A stretch of 44,167 bases of DNA from Macrostomum lignano (GCA_002269645.1 NIVC01001616.1:1-44167); one strand, 5' to 3'; shown: positions 21,197 to 33,491, counted from the first letter of the stretch. Program-made: numbers and translations. Notes: a model not told the origin generated them from the sequence alone.

Positions 21197-22709
21197 ATGG
21201 CCTTCGAGCCGACTATGGATAAACAAGCTATTTCTAGGGACGGGGACCCTTCTAAACCCCAACCTCAGTCCGACGGACCGGCCGGCTCTGCTGCCAGATC
21301 CCAACCGACTGATTCAACTGTGGCAAAGGGAGGGCCGGCTGGCTCTGCTGGCAGATCCGACCAGAGCTACCAAAACCAAAGTACCCAAAGACCTGCCAGC
21401 TCTGCTGGTGGATCAAAGGGAACCGCGGGCTCTGAGCCTAAAGGACCGGCCAAATCTGGCAGATCCGACGAAGCTCAGCGGGCTCGGCTTGAGCGCAAAC
21501 GCGCTAAGCAACGCGCCAAAAGGCAGGCCAAGAAGGGAGCTGCGGGGGCCAAAGCGGCGGCGTCCACCATGGACGCTGAAGCGACTGGCGTCCCAAGGCA
21601 ACCAGACGGGCCGGCCGGTGGAAGCTCCGGTAGTTCAGCGGCGGCGCTCCCTGGAGATGCTGCTGCGGCTGCTGAGGCCGAAACCACGGCGCAACAAATG
21701 GCCACTGCCAACAAGGAGGTTCCTTCGGGAGCTACCTTTGCGGCGAAGGCCAAGGCCAAAATCCCGGGAGTGATCATTCAAGGTCGCGACCAGGACTGGA
21801 CAACTGATCAGCTTCAAAAAGCGTATAGTGCTATTGACTGCTATCTGATTGAGCTGACTGTCGAGGAGGGAATCTCCATCGGCATTGAACGGATGGTGCT
21901 GCGAAGCACATTCGTTCTTATTGCTCATAGCAGTGAGGAGGACGCTCAGCAGCTGCTCCAGCGGCTGCCGACGGTCTCCTTGGATGCTGAACTCGGCGGA
22001 GCCCTTTTTCTTCGCGAAGGCCAGCGTCCAAAGACAATACCCTACGTGGTTTTTGTCCCTGCAAAGAGCACCGCAGCTGGACCAGACGTTATCCGCCGGG
22101 TCCTACTGCGTCTGAACCCCGACCTCCCTGCTAGTGGACTGGTGTATCACCGCAAAGTCCGCAGGGGGGAGACGGGCAACTCAATTGTCCTCGGCCTTTC
22201 CAGCACTTGGGCGAGTCGGTACCCTAATGGATCCTCTTTCCAGCTGGGTGCCCTCAAGCTCAAGATGCGTCGAGGAAAGTCTGCCAAAGAGAAGGCTACT
22301 GCCAACCCCGGCATCTCCGGCCAGAGCGGGGCGCAGTCTAAGGCACAAGGAAAGGCGCAAGCCGATCCCAAAGCCGGAGCTGCGTCTCGCCCCTCTGCTA
22401 GCAGCAGTTCGGCGACCGCGGTGACGGCTCCGGCCAAGCCCCGGGAAGCGAACCTGCCTCCGGAGAAGGAGTTGAGGACGAGACCGGGTCTTCGGAATCC
22501 GAGCTCTCCTCGGCCACCCTGGTGGGGTCTGAAGGCAAAGATGCAGATGAGGAAGCTTCCTCTATCCTGTCATCGGAGCCCGACTCTGCTGGGGGGGGGG
22601 AGGGGGCTGGTGGGGTGAGGAGGCCATCTCTCCAACTCTCATCTCCCAGTCAAGCCCCAACGGCCTGGGACGAGGACGATTTGCTGTCCAAATCCAAGTC
22701 TCCTTGATG
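21197..22709 (+). CDS. LINE ORF1 (nucleic-acid chaperone; basic low-complexity N-terminus, no CCHC knuckle seen)
   Basis: 473-aa ORF 21197-22618 upstream of the endonuclease, with basic tract RARLERKRAKQRAKRQAKK and globular core (..VLLRLNPDLPASGLVYHRK..). The acidic C-terminus probably continues in another frame to TGA at ~22707, implying one frameshift. Confidence 0.75.
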
Positions 22710-22746
22710 GCCCGGGGTTCTAGCCAGCTATTGCATTTAATACAGT

Positions 22747-24952
22747 ATGACTAAGCTCCACGCTGCCAAAGGAGCGACATTCTGTCTGCAAATAAATTTA
22801 CAGCATTGCGTATCTGCGTCAGTAAATCTGATGAAGATTGCTGAGTTGTACAGGCCAGGCCTCATCCTAATCCAGGAACCCTGGATGCGCAACGTTAAGT
22901 TGCCCAACATTCTTTCTGGCTACTCTGATTTTTATTTGTGTGGCCCGGGGAACAGCCGCCCGGAGCGGCTATCCTCGCTGCCAGCCATCTCCAGGCTTGG
23001 CTGAGGACTGATCTCTCAGATGGAGACCTCTGTGTCATCCAATCTAATCATCTCTCTCCGCGGACGTGTCTCGTTGCTTCGATTTATATTCCAGGCGACA
23101 GAGACCCTGCACCTGAGAGTCTCAGAACGCTGAGCTGTGCTTAGGGGGCGACCTCAACGCACACCATAATCACTGGGGCAGCAAAGACACCAATACTAGA
23201 GGGGAGGAGCTTCTGGCCCTTATCTCTAACACTAACCTCATGCTCTGCAACCGCGGTAGCACTCCTACCTTTAACAATGGCGGATGGACTGAGGTCCTCG
23301 ATGTCACACGCGTTACCCCAAGACTCTTTGACAAAGTTGAGGAGTGGAGAGTCTGGTCTGAGGAGCCCTCCCTGTCTGACCACTGCTTTATCGCCTTTAA
23401 CATCGCGGACACAAAACCCCAGTCCTCGATCCCTTGGAGGCGTAACATCCGCAACACTGATTGGGCGGCCTATAAGGCTACCCTTGATCTGCACCTGCAG
23501 GAACTCACGGACTTACATCCGATTGAGACCTGCGAGGATGTTGATCATGCGGCTGAGACGCTGACAGATTCAGCACATTCTTCCCGAGGGTACCCACTGC
23601 TAGATCGGAACCCAACTATTCGATGGATGGAGCCACCCTAGCGGCGGGCATTATTACTGAAGACTTAATCGCTCGTGTGGTCAGAACCTTCAAGCCCTTC
23701 AAATCTCCTGGACCTGATGGTATCTACCCTGTTCTTCTTCGTGAAGCAGCCAAGATACCCTCGTTCTTGAGACTTACCCGCAATCTCATGCGGGCCTCTA
23801 TCCATCTGGGAAACGTTCCCAAGTGCTGGACCGAAGCTCGGGTAGTCTTCATTCCCAAACCTGGGAAGGGTGACTACCAGAGCGTCAAGGCCTTTAGGCC
23901 AATTAGCTTAACGTCAGCAATACTTAAGCTGACTGAGAGGCTTATTCTCTGGCGGCTGCTTTCTTGCGAGCTGACAGCAATGCCCCTCAGCAATCATCAG
24001 CACGCCTTCTGTACCGGGAGGTCGACTGACAGTGCCCTGCATGCGATAGTCGAGAAGATTGAACGGGCGGTACTGGGTGACGTTTACGCCCTGGCTCTTT
24101 TTCTCGACATTGTTGGCGCCTTCGACAACGTTATCTTTGAAGCGTTTCAGAGGGCCCTTCAAAACCGCAAAGCTCACGCTACCCTCATACGGTGGATCAT
24201 GTACATGATCTCTAACCGTACGGTCACTGCCCAACTCCTCGGGCAAACTGCCTCCACCAGAGTCTGTAAGAGGGACCCCAAGGCGGAGTCCTCACCCCGA
24301 CGCTCTGGAACCTGGTCATGGACGCTCTTCTGGGCGACTCCCGACCTGATCCGGTCTTCAAAGTCGGGTATGCTGACGACGTCACTGCCATTGTGGCTGG
24401 GCCGTCTCCCAGCACGCTCAGGGATCTGATGCAGAGCTTTATCCGCAAAGCAGAATCCTGGGCCAATGACAACGGCCTGGAACTCTCTGAGCCCAAAACT
24501 GTTGCCATTATGTTCACCAGTAGAATACGCTGGAACATACGACCTCTGCAGTTATACAGCAGAGATATTGCCTTCGGCGCACCAGACCAGATGTCTCGCG
24601 CGCCTCTCGCGCAGAGACATCCGGGCTGCCACCATGACCCTCAGGTCACGGCTGCTTCTCTAGGCACCAGTACCTGCAGGGCAACGCCACCAACGCCATC
24701 TGCAGTTTCTGTAACTCAGGTGACGAAACCGCTGAGCATTTCGTAAGCATCTGTCTCGCCTTTACGCGAGCCAGACTCACTTTCCTCGGGCCACACACAT
24801 CTATTACTGAAGCGTGCAAACCCGAAAACTTTAACCAGCTCATGCGCTACCTCCGGGCCACCCGCAGGGCTGAACCCTCCTTTCCAGAGAGCACTATAGC
24901 TGCTGGCGACACTGGGGGACCTCCCTGGGCGGCGCCAACCCTTCGTCCATAG
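22747..24952 (+). pseudogene. LINE ORF2 remnant: APE endonuclease - reverse transcriptase - CCHC zinc finger
   Basis: Across several frames: QINLQH..LIQEPW, GDLNAH, SLSDHCFI; KSPGPDGI, RPISLTS, FLDIVGAFDNV, PQGGVLTP, YADD (24369-24380); GHGCFSRH..CSFCNSGDETAEHFVSIC. The EN-RT linker and the thumb/RNase H region are missing. Confidence 0.92.
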
Positions 24953-25062
24953 CGACGCGTCGGCCGTTCAGGGATTAGCGGAATGGGCGTTCACAGCCCT
25001 GCAGCTAAGTCAAGTAAGTCAAGTGTGCGCTAGCTGGGGACGCAACAAGGGCAAAAGGGCTG

Positions 25063-26409
25063 GCATGGACTGCAGGGTGTCAGTATGGACTGCAGGGTGT
25101 CAGTATGGACTGCAGGGTGTCAGCATGGACTGTAGGGTGTCAGCATGGACTGTAGGGTGTCAGCATGGACTGTAGGGTGTCAGCATGGACTGTAGGATTT
25201 GATGTGTCAGTATGGACTGTAGGATGTCATGTGTCAGTATGGATTGTAGGATGTGATGTGTCAGCATGGACTGTAGGATGTGATGTGTCAGTATGGACTG
25301 TAGGATGTGATGTGTCAGTATGGACTGTAGGATGTGATGTGTCAGCATGGACTGTAGGATTTGATGTGTCAGCATGGACTGCAGGGGTCAGCATGGACTG
25401 CAGGGGTCAGCATGGACTGCAGGGTGTCAGCATGGACTGCAGGGGTCAGCATGGACTGCAGGGTGTCAGCAGGGATTGCATTGTGTCAGCATGGACTGCA
25501 GGGTGTCAGCATGGACTGCAGGGGTCAGTATGGACTGCAGGGTGTCAGCATGGACTGCAGGGGTCAGCATGGACTGCAGGGGTCAGCATGGACTGCAGGG
25601 TGTCAGCATGGACTGCAGGGGTCAGCATGGACTGCAGGGGTCAGTATGGACTGCAGGGTGTCAGCATGGACTGCAGGGGTCAGCATGGACTGCAGGGGTC
25701 AGCATGGACTGCAGGGTGTCAGCAGGGATTGCATTGTGTCAGCATGGACTGCAGGGTGTCAGCATGGACTGCAGGGGTCAGCATGGACTGCAGGGTGTCA
25801 GCATGGACTGCAGGGGTCAGCATGGACTGCAGGGTGTCAGCAGGGATTGCATTGTGTCAGCATGGACTGCAGGGTGTCAGCATGGACTGCAGGGGTCAGC
25901 ATGGACTGCAGGGTGTCAGCATGGACTGCAGGGGTCAGCATGGACTGCAGGGTGTCAGCAGGGATTGCATTGTGTCAGCATGGACTGCAGGGGTCAGTAT
26001 GGACTGCAGGGTGTCAGCATGGACTGCAGGGGTCAGCATGGACTGCAGGGGTCAGCATGGACTGCAGGGTGTCAGCAGGGATTGCATTGTGTCAGCATGG
26101 ACTGCAGGGTGTCAGCATGGACTGCAGGGGTCAGCATGGACTGCAGGGTGTCAGCATGGACTGCAGGGGTCAGCATGGACTGCAGGGTGTCAGCAGGGAT
26201 TGCATTGTGTCAGCATGGACTGCAGGGTGTCAGCATGGACTGCAGGGGTCAGCATGGACTGCAGGGTGTCAGCAGGGATTGCATTGTGTCAGCATGGACT
26301 GCAGGGTGTCAGCATGGACTGCAGGGGTCAGCATGGACTGCAGGGGTCAGCATGGACTGCAGGGTGTCAGCATGGACTGCAGGGGTCAGCATGGACTGCA
26401 GGGTGTCAG
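25063..26409. repeat. 19/20-bp minisatellite (GCATGGACTGCAGGG(T)GTCA) with a ~27-bp variant block (~25190-25370) and a ~118-bp higher-order period
   Basis: Units visible. Variant AGGGATTGCATTG at ~25471, 25724, 25842, 25960, 26077, 26195 and 26274. Confidence 0.97.
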
Positions 26410-26987
26410 TAGCGACCTTCGCTTCTAATTACAATTAGAAAGGGCAGTAAAATGTGACATTAAAATGATTAAAACCAGGTAGATCAGTCCATCGGCTCAA
26501 GCAGAAGAGTATGACCGTTAAAATCTATTTGTTTATAACTATAAATAGCTAACACAAATACAAGTGCGGGTAAAACTAATCGAACAGACGGCACACAATC
26601 GGCTAAGTACAAGGTATTTTTGAAGGTGAAGCAGAGACAAATTGGTAATAAATATTTAATAATGAAATTGAACACAATAAATATGCTACTACGAGTATAT
26701 AATAATCAATCAATGGCCGAAGGGAAAATAGAAATTTACTACAGACAGCGCTTGAAAACTGAAAAAAATCTCTTCCGATAAGGATATCTAATACCATATC
26801 TAACGGGTGGCTAAACAGCTAGAAGCAGACAGAGCTGCAGTAATGTGGGCCAAATAAACAGGTAAAATCACACTGCGCACACAATAGTTACAAATTTTAC
26901 TTGTAGCAGAGCAGTTAATAATTAACTAAAAGACAATAAATTTATCTATTTGTCATATATAATCTAGCTAACAATTACTCTATAGTA

Positions 26988-27652
26988 CTCCGATGCCTCA
27001 GTGGACACTCCAATGCTTCAGCGGACATGGACACCCGATGCTTCAGTGGACACCCTGACGCCTCAGTGGACACCCCGATACTTCTGTGGACACCCGACGC
27101 TTCAGTGTACATCCCGATGCCTTAGTGGACACCCGATGCTTTAGTGGACACCACGATACTTCTGTGGACAACCCGATGCTTCAGTGGACACCCTGATACT
27201 TCTGTGGACAACCCGATGCTTCAGTGGACAACCCGATGCTTCAGTGGACACCCGATGCTTCAGTGGACACCCTGATGCCTTAGTGGACACCCGATGCTTT
27301 AGTGGACACCCGATGCTTTAGTGGACACCCTGATGCCTTAGTGGACACCCGATGCTTTAGTGGACACCCGATGCTTTAGTGGACACCCGATGCTTTAGTG
27401 GACACCCGATGCTTTAGTGGACACCCGATGCTTTAGTGGACACCCCAATACTTCTGTGGACAACCCGATGCTTCAGTTGACACCCCGATACTTCTGTGGA
27501 CAACCCCCATGCCTCATTGGGCACCCCGATGCCTCCGTGGACACCCTGATGCTTCAGTGGACACCCTGATGCCTCAGTAGACACCCCATGGTTCAGTGGA
27601 CAGCCTCGATCCCTAAGTGGCCAGGAAACCCCGATGTTGCAGTGGACACCCC
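26988..27652. repeat. 19-20-bp minisatellite (AGTGGACACCCGATGCTTT), just downstream of the AK-B stop
   Basis: Units visible, with a homogeneous centre and diverged edges. Confidence 0.95.
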
Positions 27653-27755
27653 ATATCTCTAAAAATGAGGCGCCAAAATCCTTGAGCGGGCATGCCAGAA
27701 AGCCCGCAGTGAGTATAATCACATACTAAAGCACAATGCAATGCATGGACAGCTC

Positions 27756-29005
27756 TCAGCCAGACTTGAACAGGCTCTGCAAGGTGCTCCAGACCGAGTC
27801 AGCCGGCTTGCTGGCATCGACACGCTTCAACAGGCCGGCCTGGCTGTACCGCTGCAGCACCGGGCCGATGAGGTCGCGGTAGGCGGCCAGCCGCCTCGGC
27901 ATCACGTCCGGGAAGTCGTCCGGCCGCTTCGTCAGCGACTCGCCCGTCGCATCGTCGCGTCCGGGCACGCGCGGTGGCTGGAAGCTGTGATGGTACACCC
28001 TGCCGGAGCTGGGGTGGTGCAGCCGGCCGGTGATCCTGTCCGTGGCAACGTCATCCGGAATATCGAATTGGACAACCGCGGACAAGCTGCGCCGCCGCTC
28101 GGACAGCATCTGGTCTAACTTGGCGGCCTGGCCGGAAGTGCGCGGAAAGCCGTCCAGCAGGATGCCCGGGTCGCACTCTGGCCGGTCCAGCTGCTGCGCC
28201 ACCAGCTCGCACACCGGATCGTCCGCAATGAGCCGGCCCTGGTTGATGCTGGCCTTGAACTTTCGAGGAGGGGGGGGGGATTGCGGTTGGGGCGATTATC
28301 TACACTAGGGCGATTCTCCCTTGACAAGGGCGATTCTTTCTAGACAAGAGGCGATTCTTTCTAGACAAGAGGCGATTCTTTCTAGACAAGAGGCGATTCT
28401 TTCTAGACAAGAGGCGATTCTTTCTAGACAAGAGGCGATTCTTTCTAGACAAAAGGCGATTCTTTCTAGACACGGGAGATTCTTTCTAGACAAGAGGCGA
28501 TTCTTTCTAGACAAGAGGCGATTCTTTCTAGACAAAAGGCGATTCTTTCTAGACACGGGAGATTCTTTCTAGACAAGAGGCGATTCTTTCTAGACAAAAG
28601 GCGATTCTTTCTAGACACGGGAGATTCTTTCTAGACAAGAGGCGATTCTTTCTACGCAGGACGATTCTTTCTAGATAGGGGCGTTTTTTAAAGAGGGCAA
28701 TTCTTTGAAGAGAAGGCGATTCTTTTTGGAGAGAGCGATTTTTTTTGGAAGAAGGGCGAAAATTTCTGGAGAGGGTGGTTCAGTGCTGTTCCAGTGACCG
28801 CATTGGACAGTACGCAGACCTGCTCATTTCTGGCAGCCGCGGACCGCAGCATCGAGCCCATGTCCACGTGGCACACGCCGAATTTATCGGCGAAGCGGCG
28901 AGCCTGAGTGCCTTTGCCAGAGCCGGGCGGCCCGATGAAGGCCACGTCTAGAGGGGGCCGAACGGCTGGCGCCTTCGGGTCCTCGATGTCCTCCGCGGCA
29001 GGCAT
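27756..29005 (-). CDS. AK2: Adenylate kinase, AK2-type long LID (paralog B); exons 29005-28820 and 28259-27756
   Basis: [21 protein letters not shown]|FKASINQGRLIADD, ILLDGFPR, GRLHHPSSGRVYH..GRDDATGESLTKRPDD. Phase-0 intron GTCTGC..GAAAG (28819-28260); the AAG acceptor is less typical. AK2-like, orthology not proven. Confidence 0.9.
28310..28678. repeat. 21-bp tandem repeat (GCGATTCTTTCTAGACAAGAG) inside the AK-B intron
   Basis: ~17 units, each with TCTAGA; continues as degenerate copies to ~28770. Confidence 0.95.
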
Positions 29006-29080
29006 GCACAGAGTTTGAATGAGTCATTGTTAAGTGGAGTTCGGCCGACTGGGGATGAGCCTCAAAAGGGCAGTTGGAGC

Positions 29081-29192
29081 AGCCTACAGAAGTGGAGGGC
29101 AGCCTACAGAAGTGGAGGGCAGCCTACAGAAGTGGAGGGCAGACTACAGAAGTGGAGGGCAGCCTACAGAAGTGGAGGGCAGCCTACAGAAG
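29081..29192. repeat. 20-bp tandem repeat (AGCCTACAGAAGTGGAGGGC) x5.5
   Basis: Units at 29081, 29101, 29121, 29141, 29161 and 29181. Confidence 0.95.
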
Positions 29193-29670
29193 GGAGAGAA
29201 GCGGAGAATATGTGTGGAGCACTGGCTGACTACCTGCACATCACCTGCAAGAAATGTCCCAGACGAGACGTACTCAGAGCTTGCTTCCCTACCATAGTTT
29301 TTTTCTCTAAACTTTTGCATTAGCAAAGGGCAGCTAGCACGAGTCCCTAAACGACTATTCAGCCGGGTGCCACCGCCTGTAAACAACCGGCTGTAAAGTT
29401 GGCGAGGGGATTTCCTAAACAATTTTCACACTAAGCCAGTCTGGGCATCGTTCGCTATAAAAGTACACGAAAACCGAACCCGAACTTGTGCCTATGGGCG
29501 AAAGCTTATGGGAGAAATTATAGACAAAAAGGTCGCTTGGGAATCGCTAGGCCAGCAAAAGGAGACTGGATAGGAATATCAGTTGATGTGCAGCACACAA
29601 CTCTTAGTGCACTTCGACACCGCGAACATCAGAGGGTGGCTAAGCGGCCCAGCAACTGAGATAACCCCTG

Positions 29671-30147
29671 AGGGCTGCAGCTCTCAGCAACTGGGGATCT
29701 GGGAGGGCTGCAGCTCTCAGCAACTGGGGATCTGGGAGGGCTGCAGCTCTCAGCAACTGGGGATCTGGGAGGGCTGCAGCTATTAGCAACTGGGGATCTG
29801 GGAGGGCTGCAGCTTTTAGCAACTGGGGATCTGGGAGGGCTGCAGCTCTCAGCAACTGGGGATCTGGGAGGGCTGCAGCTCTCAGCAACTGGGGATCTGG
29901 GAGGGCTGCAGCTATGAGCAACTGGGGATCTGGGAGGGCTGCAGCTCTCAGCAACTGGGGATCTGGGAGGGCTGCAGCTCTCAGCAACTGGGGATCTGGG
30001 AGGGCTGCAGCTCTCAGCAACTGGGGATCTGGGAGGGCTGCGGCTATTAGCAACTGGGGATCTGGGAGGGCTGCAGCTATTAGCAACTGGGGATCTGGGA
30101 GGGCTGCAGCTATTAGCAACTGGGGATCTGGGAGGGCTGCAGCTGTC
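29671..30147. repeat. 33-bp tandem repeat (GGGCTGCAGCTCTCAGCAACTGGGGATCTGGGA), ~14 copies
   Basis: Units visible; 11-aa periodicity in the ORF track. Confidence 0.96.
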
Positions 30148-30835
30148 AGTTGAAGATCTGGGGTGCAACCATATAGCTTTGGGCTAAAACAACTTCTAGC
30201 CAGGTGATTTGTGTGGTTCAGTGATCAGAGTCAGGAAATTGACAAAACACAAAGGCATTGTCAGAGGAAATTAGCTTTTTTCCATTGTTGTACAGAAACA
30301 ATGATGAACAACTCCGACAATAACAACATACATGCTTTAAAATCGCAAGCAAAAATTAACACTTTTTGCAAGCCACTAGGGATTTTCTAGCTCTTTGCAA
30401 TGCATGAATTATGAAGTGACTTTTTTAGAAAAAGCTTTTTCCATTTCCATTTCCAGCTGACTTATTGACGCGGGATTGAAGTCACGGTTTAGAATCTCCG
30501 GAACCCCTCGGTCAGACAGACTGAGCATGGAGCGGTCATGAATAAAATACAGGGCCCAGCAGCAGGACTGAGGCAGCTTCATCACTACATCTATTCAGAG
30601 AGTGAAATTTATCAACTGCGAGCTCTAGTAGAAGTCTAAAAGGAAGTCCACGGATTGCTGCAGATCTGAGGGATTAGGATTATTCAACCTGTGTTGGCCT
30701 GTTTTAACAGGGATTGGGATGCTTAGTGGTATCAATCAACTGGAGGTCTGAAGAGCTAATGGCTTTATCTCAATCAGCGAGGCTGATATTGAAAAGTCAT
30801 ACATAGACTATCAGTGAGTTTAGCTCCATCCAGGA

Positions 30836-31500
30836 AAGCGATTAGATTGGAAACCCCACCTGGAAAAGCAACTGGATTGGAAATCCCACCTGGAAAAGCA
30901 ACTGGATTGGAAATCTCACCTAGAAAAGTAATCAGATTGGAAATCTCACTTGGAAAAGCTATCAGATTGAAATCTCACCGGAAAAAGCTACTGGATATGA
31001 AATCTCACTTAGAAAAGCTATCAGATTGGAAATCTCCCCTGGAAAAGCTATTTAATTGGAAATCTCACCTGGAAAAGCTATCAGATTGAAATCTCACCGG
31101 AAAAAGCTACTGGATATGAAATCTCACCTGGAAAAGCTATCGGATTGGAAATCTCACCTGGAAAAGCTATCGGATGGGAAATCTCACCTGGAAAAGCTAT
31201 CGTATTAGAAATCTCACCTGGAAAAGCTATCGGATTGGAAATCTCACCTGAAAAAGCAATCAGATTAGACATCTCACCTGGAAAAGCTATCGGATTAGAA
31301 ATCTCACCTGGAAAAGCTATCGGATTAGAAATCTCACCTGGAAAAGCTATCGGATTGGAAATCTCACCTGAAAAAGCAATCAGATTAGACATCTCACCTG
31401 GAAAAGCTATCGGATTAGAAATCTCACCTGGAAAAGCTATCGGATTAGAAATCTCACCTGGAAAAGCTATCGGATTGGAAATCTCAACTGGAAATCTCAC
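30836..31500. repeat. 30-bp tandem repeat (GGAAATCTCACCTGGAAAAGCTATCGGATT), ~22 copies
   Basis: Units visible; 10-aa periodicity in the ORF track; more diverged at the left. Confidence 0.96.
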
Positions 31501-32093
31501 CTTCCTAAAAAAGGGATTCCATTTCAACATCGCACTCCCTAAGAAATAGTTAATAGGAAATGAGCAAGACAAAGGCATCTCCAGGTTAATGACACTGCAG
31601 AGAGAATAGTCAAGCGCTGCTATCTTGCTCTTGAAAGTTGGGTCTAATTAATATAGAATAAAAATCCTAGTTCTTTTAAAACACCTTGGCGCAGGCGGTT
31701 CGTACTAAATTTAATAGGGCGCAGAGTAGTTTATTGAGATAAGCGGAGGAAAAAATCGACAAGTTTAAGACTTGGAGCAGACAGTACACAAGAAGCTGGT
31801 ATTATTTGAGGACACAGTTAAACGCGATATAACTACATAAATCTTGCGCACATCTGTTCTGTTTCGAACTGTGGTGAGAAAAATGAAATGATATTGATAA
31901 TTAATCATTATGTATGTATATATACGGCAAGCAGTAGATTAACGATTATAACACATGACATGAGAACAAACTGACCACAACAGCGAGCTGCACCCCAGGG
32001 ACCGATCTCATGAAGGACTGCGAACAGGCTAAGGCTATAGCTGCCAAAAAGTGCTTTATCAGACTGCGGTTTGAAAGTTTCGGTTTCACAGAA

Positions 32094-33095
32094 ATCAGTC
32101 TACTAAGAGAGTGTACCGAACCGATGTCTATGGCCAAAGGGAGGGGGGATATCAGTCTACTAAGAGAGTGTACCGAACCGATGTCTTTGGCCAAAGGGAG
32201 GGGGGATATCAGTCTACTAAGAGAGTGTACCGAACCGATGTCTATGGCCAAAGGGAGGGGGATATCAGTCTACTAAGAGAGTGTACCGAACCGATGTCTA
32301 TGGCCAAAGGGAGGGGGATATCAGTCTACTAAGAGAGTGTACCGAACCGATGTCTATGGCCAAAGGGAGGGGGATATCAGTCTACTAAGAGAGTGTACCG
32401 AACCGATGTCTATGGCCAAAGGGGTGGGGGGGATATCAGTCTACTAAGAGAGTGTACCGAACCGATGTCTATGGCCAAAGGGAGGGGGGATATCAGTATA
32501 CTAAGAGAGTGTACCGAACCGATGTCTATGGCCAAAGGGAGGGGGATATCAGTCTAAGAGAGTGTACCGAACCGATGTCTATGGCTAAAGGGAGGGGGGA
32601 TATCAGTCTAAGAGAGTGTACCGAACCGATGTCTATGGCCAAAGGGGTGGGGGGGATATCAGTCTACTAAGAGAGTGTACCGAACCGATGTCTATGGCCA
32701 AAGGGAGGGGGGATATCAGTATACTAAGAGAGTGTACCGAACCGATGTCTATGGCCAAAGGGAGGGGGGATATCAGTCTAAGAGAGTGTACCGAACCGAT
32801 GTCTATGGCTAAAGGGAGGGGGGATATCAGTCTAAGAGAGTGTACCGAACCGATGTCTATGGCCAAAGGGAGGGGGGATATCAGTCTAAGAGAGTGTACC
32901 GAACCGATGTCTATGGCCAAAGGGAGGGGGGATATCAGTCTAAGAGAGTGTACCGAACCGATGTCTATGGCTAAAGGGAGGGGGGATATCAGTCTAAGAG
33001 AGTGTACCGAACCGATGTCTATGGCCAAAGGGAGGGGGGATATCAGTCTACTAAGAGAGTGTACCGAACCGATGTCTATGGCCAAAGGGGTGGGG
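32094..33095. repeat. 54-60-bp tandem repeat (GATATCAGTCTACTAAGAGAGTGTACCGAACCGATGTCTATGGCCAAAGGGAGGGGG), ~18 copies
   Basis: Units visible; length variants come from loss of CTA and from G-run changes. Confidence 0.97.
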
Positions 33096-33491
33096 GTTTG
33101 CAGGCTGCTCTTTCTTGGTTTTATGAACGGTTCGTAGCTGCTGCTAAGTTAGGACAGTCCATCATGAAATCGGTGCATTAGGGTCACAGCTCACAGATTA
33201 ACAGTGGGTGGGCAGCATCTGTTAAAAAAAAATCGACGGCCAATGCTTTGAGTTTTACCGAGGCAGCCCAAGAGTGGCATTTGTGCATAGCAACAATAGC
33301 GCCGCATTGTTCTCTTTGTTTATATGGCAAGAATTTTTTGTTAAAGTTTTGCAGTTTTGGCGATATTCAAATACAAATTTTTTACAAATAATGGATCAAT
33401 GACGAAGCTTAAAATGATTGGACTTAAAGGAAACAAATGTTAGAGAACATGGTTGGAAAACTCCGGCCCGCGGTCCACATACGGGCTACTG

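Larger units (their letters stand above)
20678..25022 (+). mobile_element. Non-LTR retrotransposon (R1/LOA-type, I group), 5'-complete, internally deleted and frameshifted
   Basis: TSD GTGTGCGCTAGC at 20666-20677 and 25023-25034; 3' tail TAAGTCAAG x2; ORF1 followed by APE, RT and CCHC remnants. Confidence 0.93.

Noticed and set aside
25160-26438. 354-415 aa ORFs in all three + frames
   Set aside because: Minisatellite translations with no codon or domain signal.
14827-29005. Bacterial or horizontally acquired origin of the intron-poor adenylate kinases
   Set aside because: Spliceosomal introns, AK2-type LID (H..SGR.YH..F.PP..G.DD.TGE.L) and host-like codon usage.
29629-33137. Periodic ORFs ([35 protein letters not shown])
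   Set aside because: The 33-, 30- and 54/57-bp units are multiples of 3, so ORFs arise trivially; no splice or start context links them to a gene.
31980-33180. Possible small exons flanking the 57-bp array (..MKDCEQAKAIAAKK.. and ..AALSWFYERF..)
   Set aside because: Splice phases are ambiguous and no motif was recognised; not supportable without RNA data.
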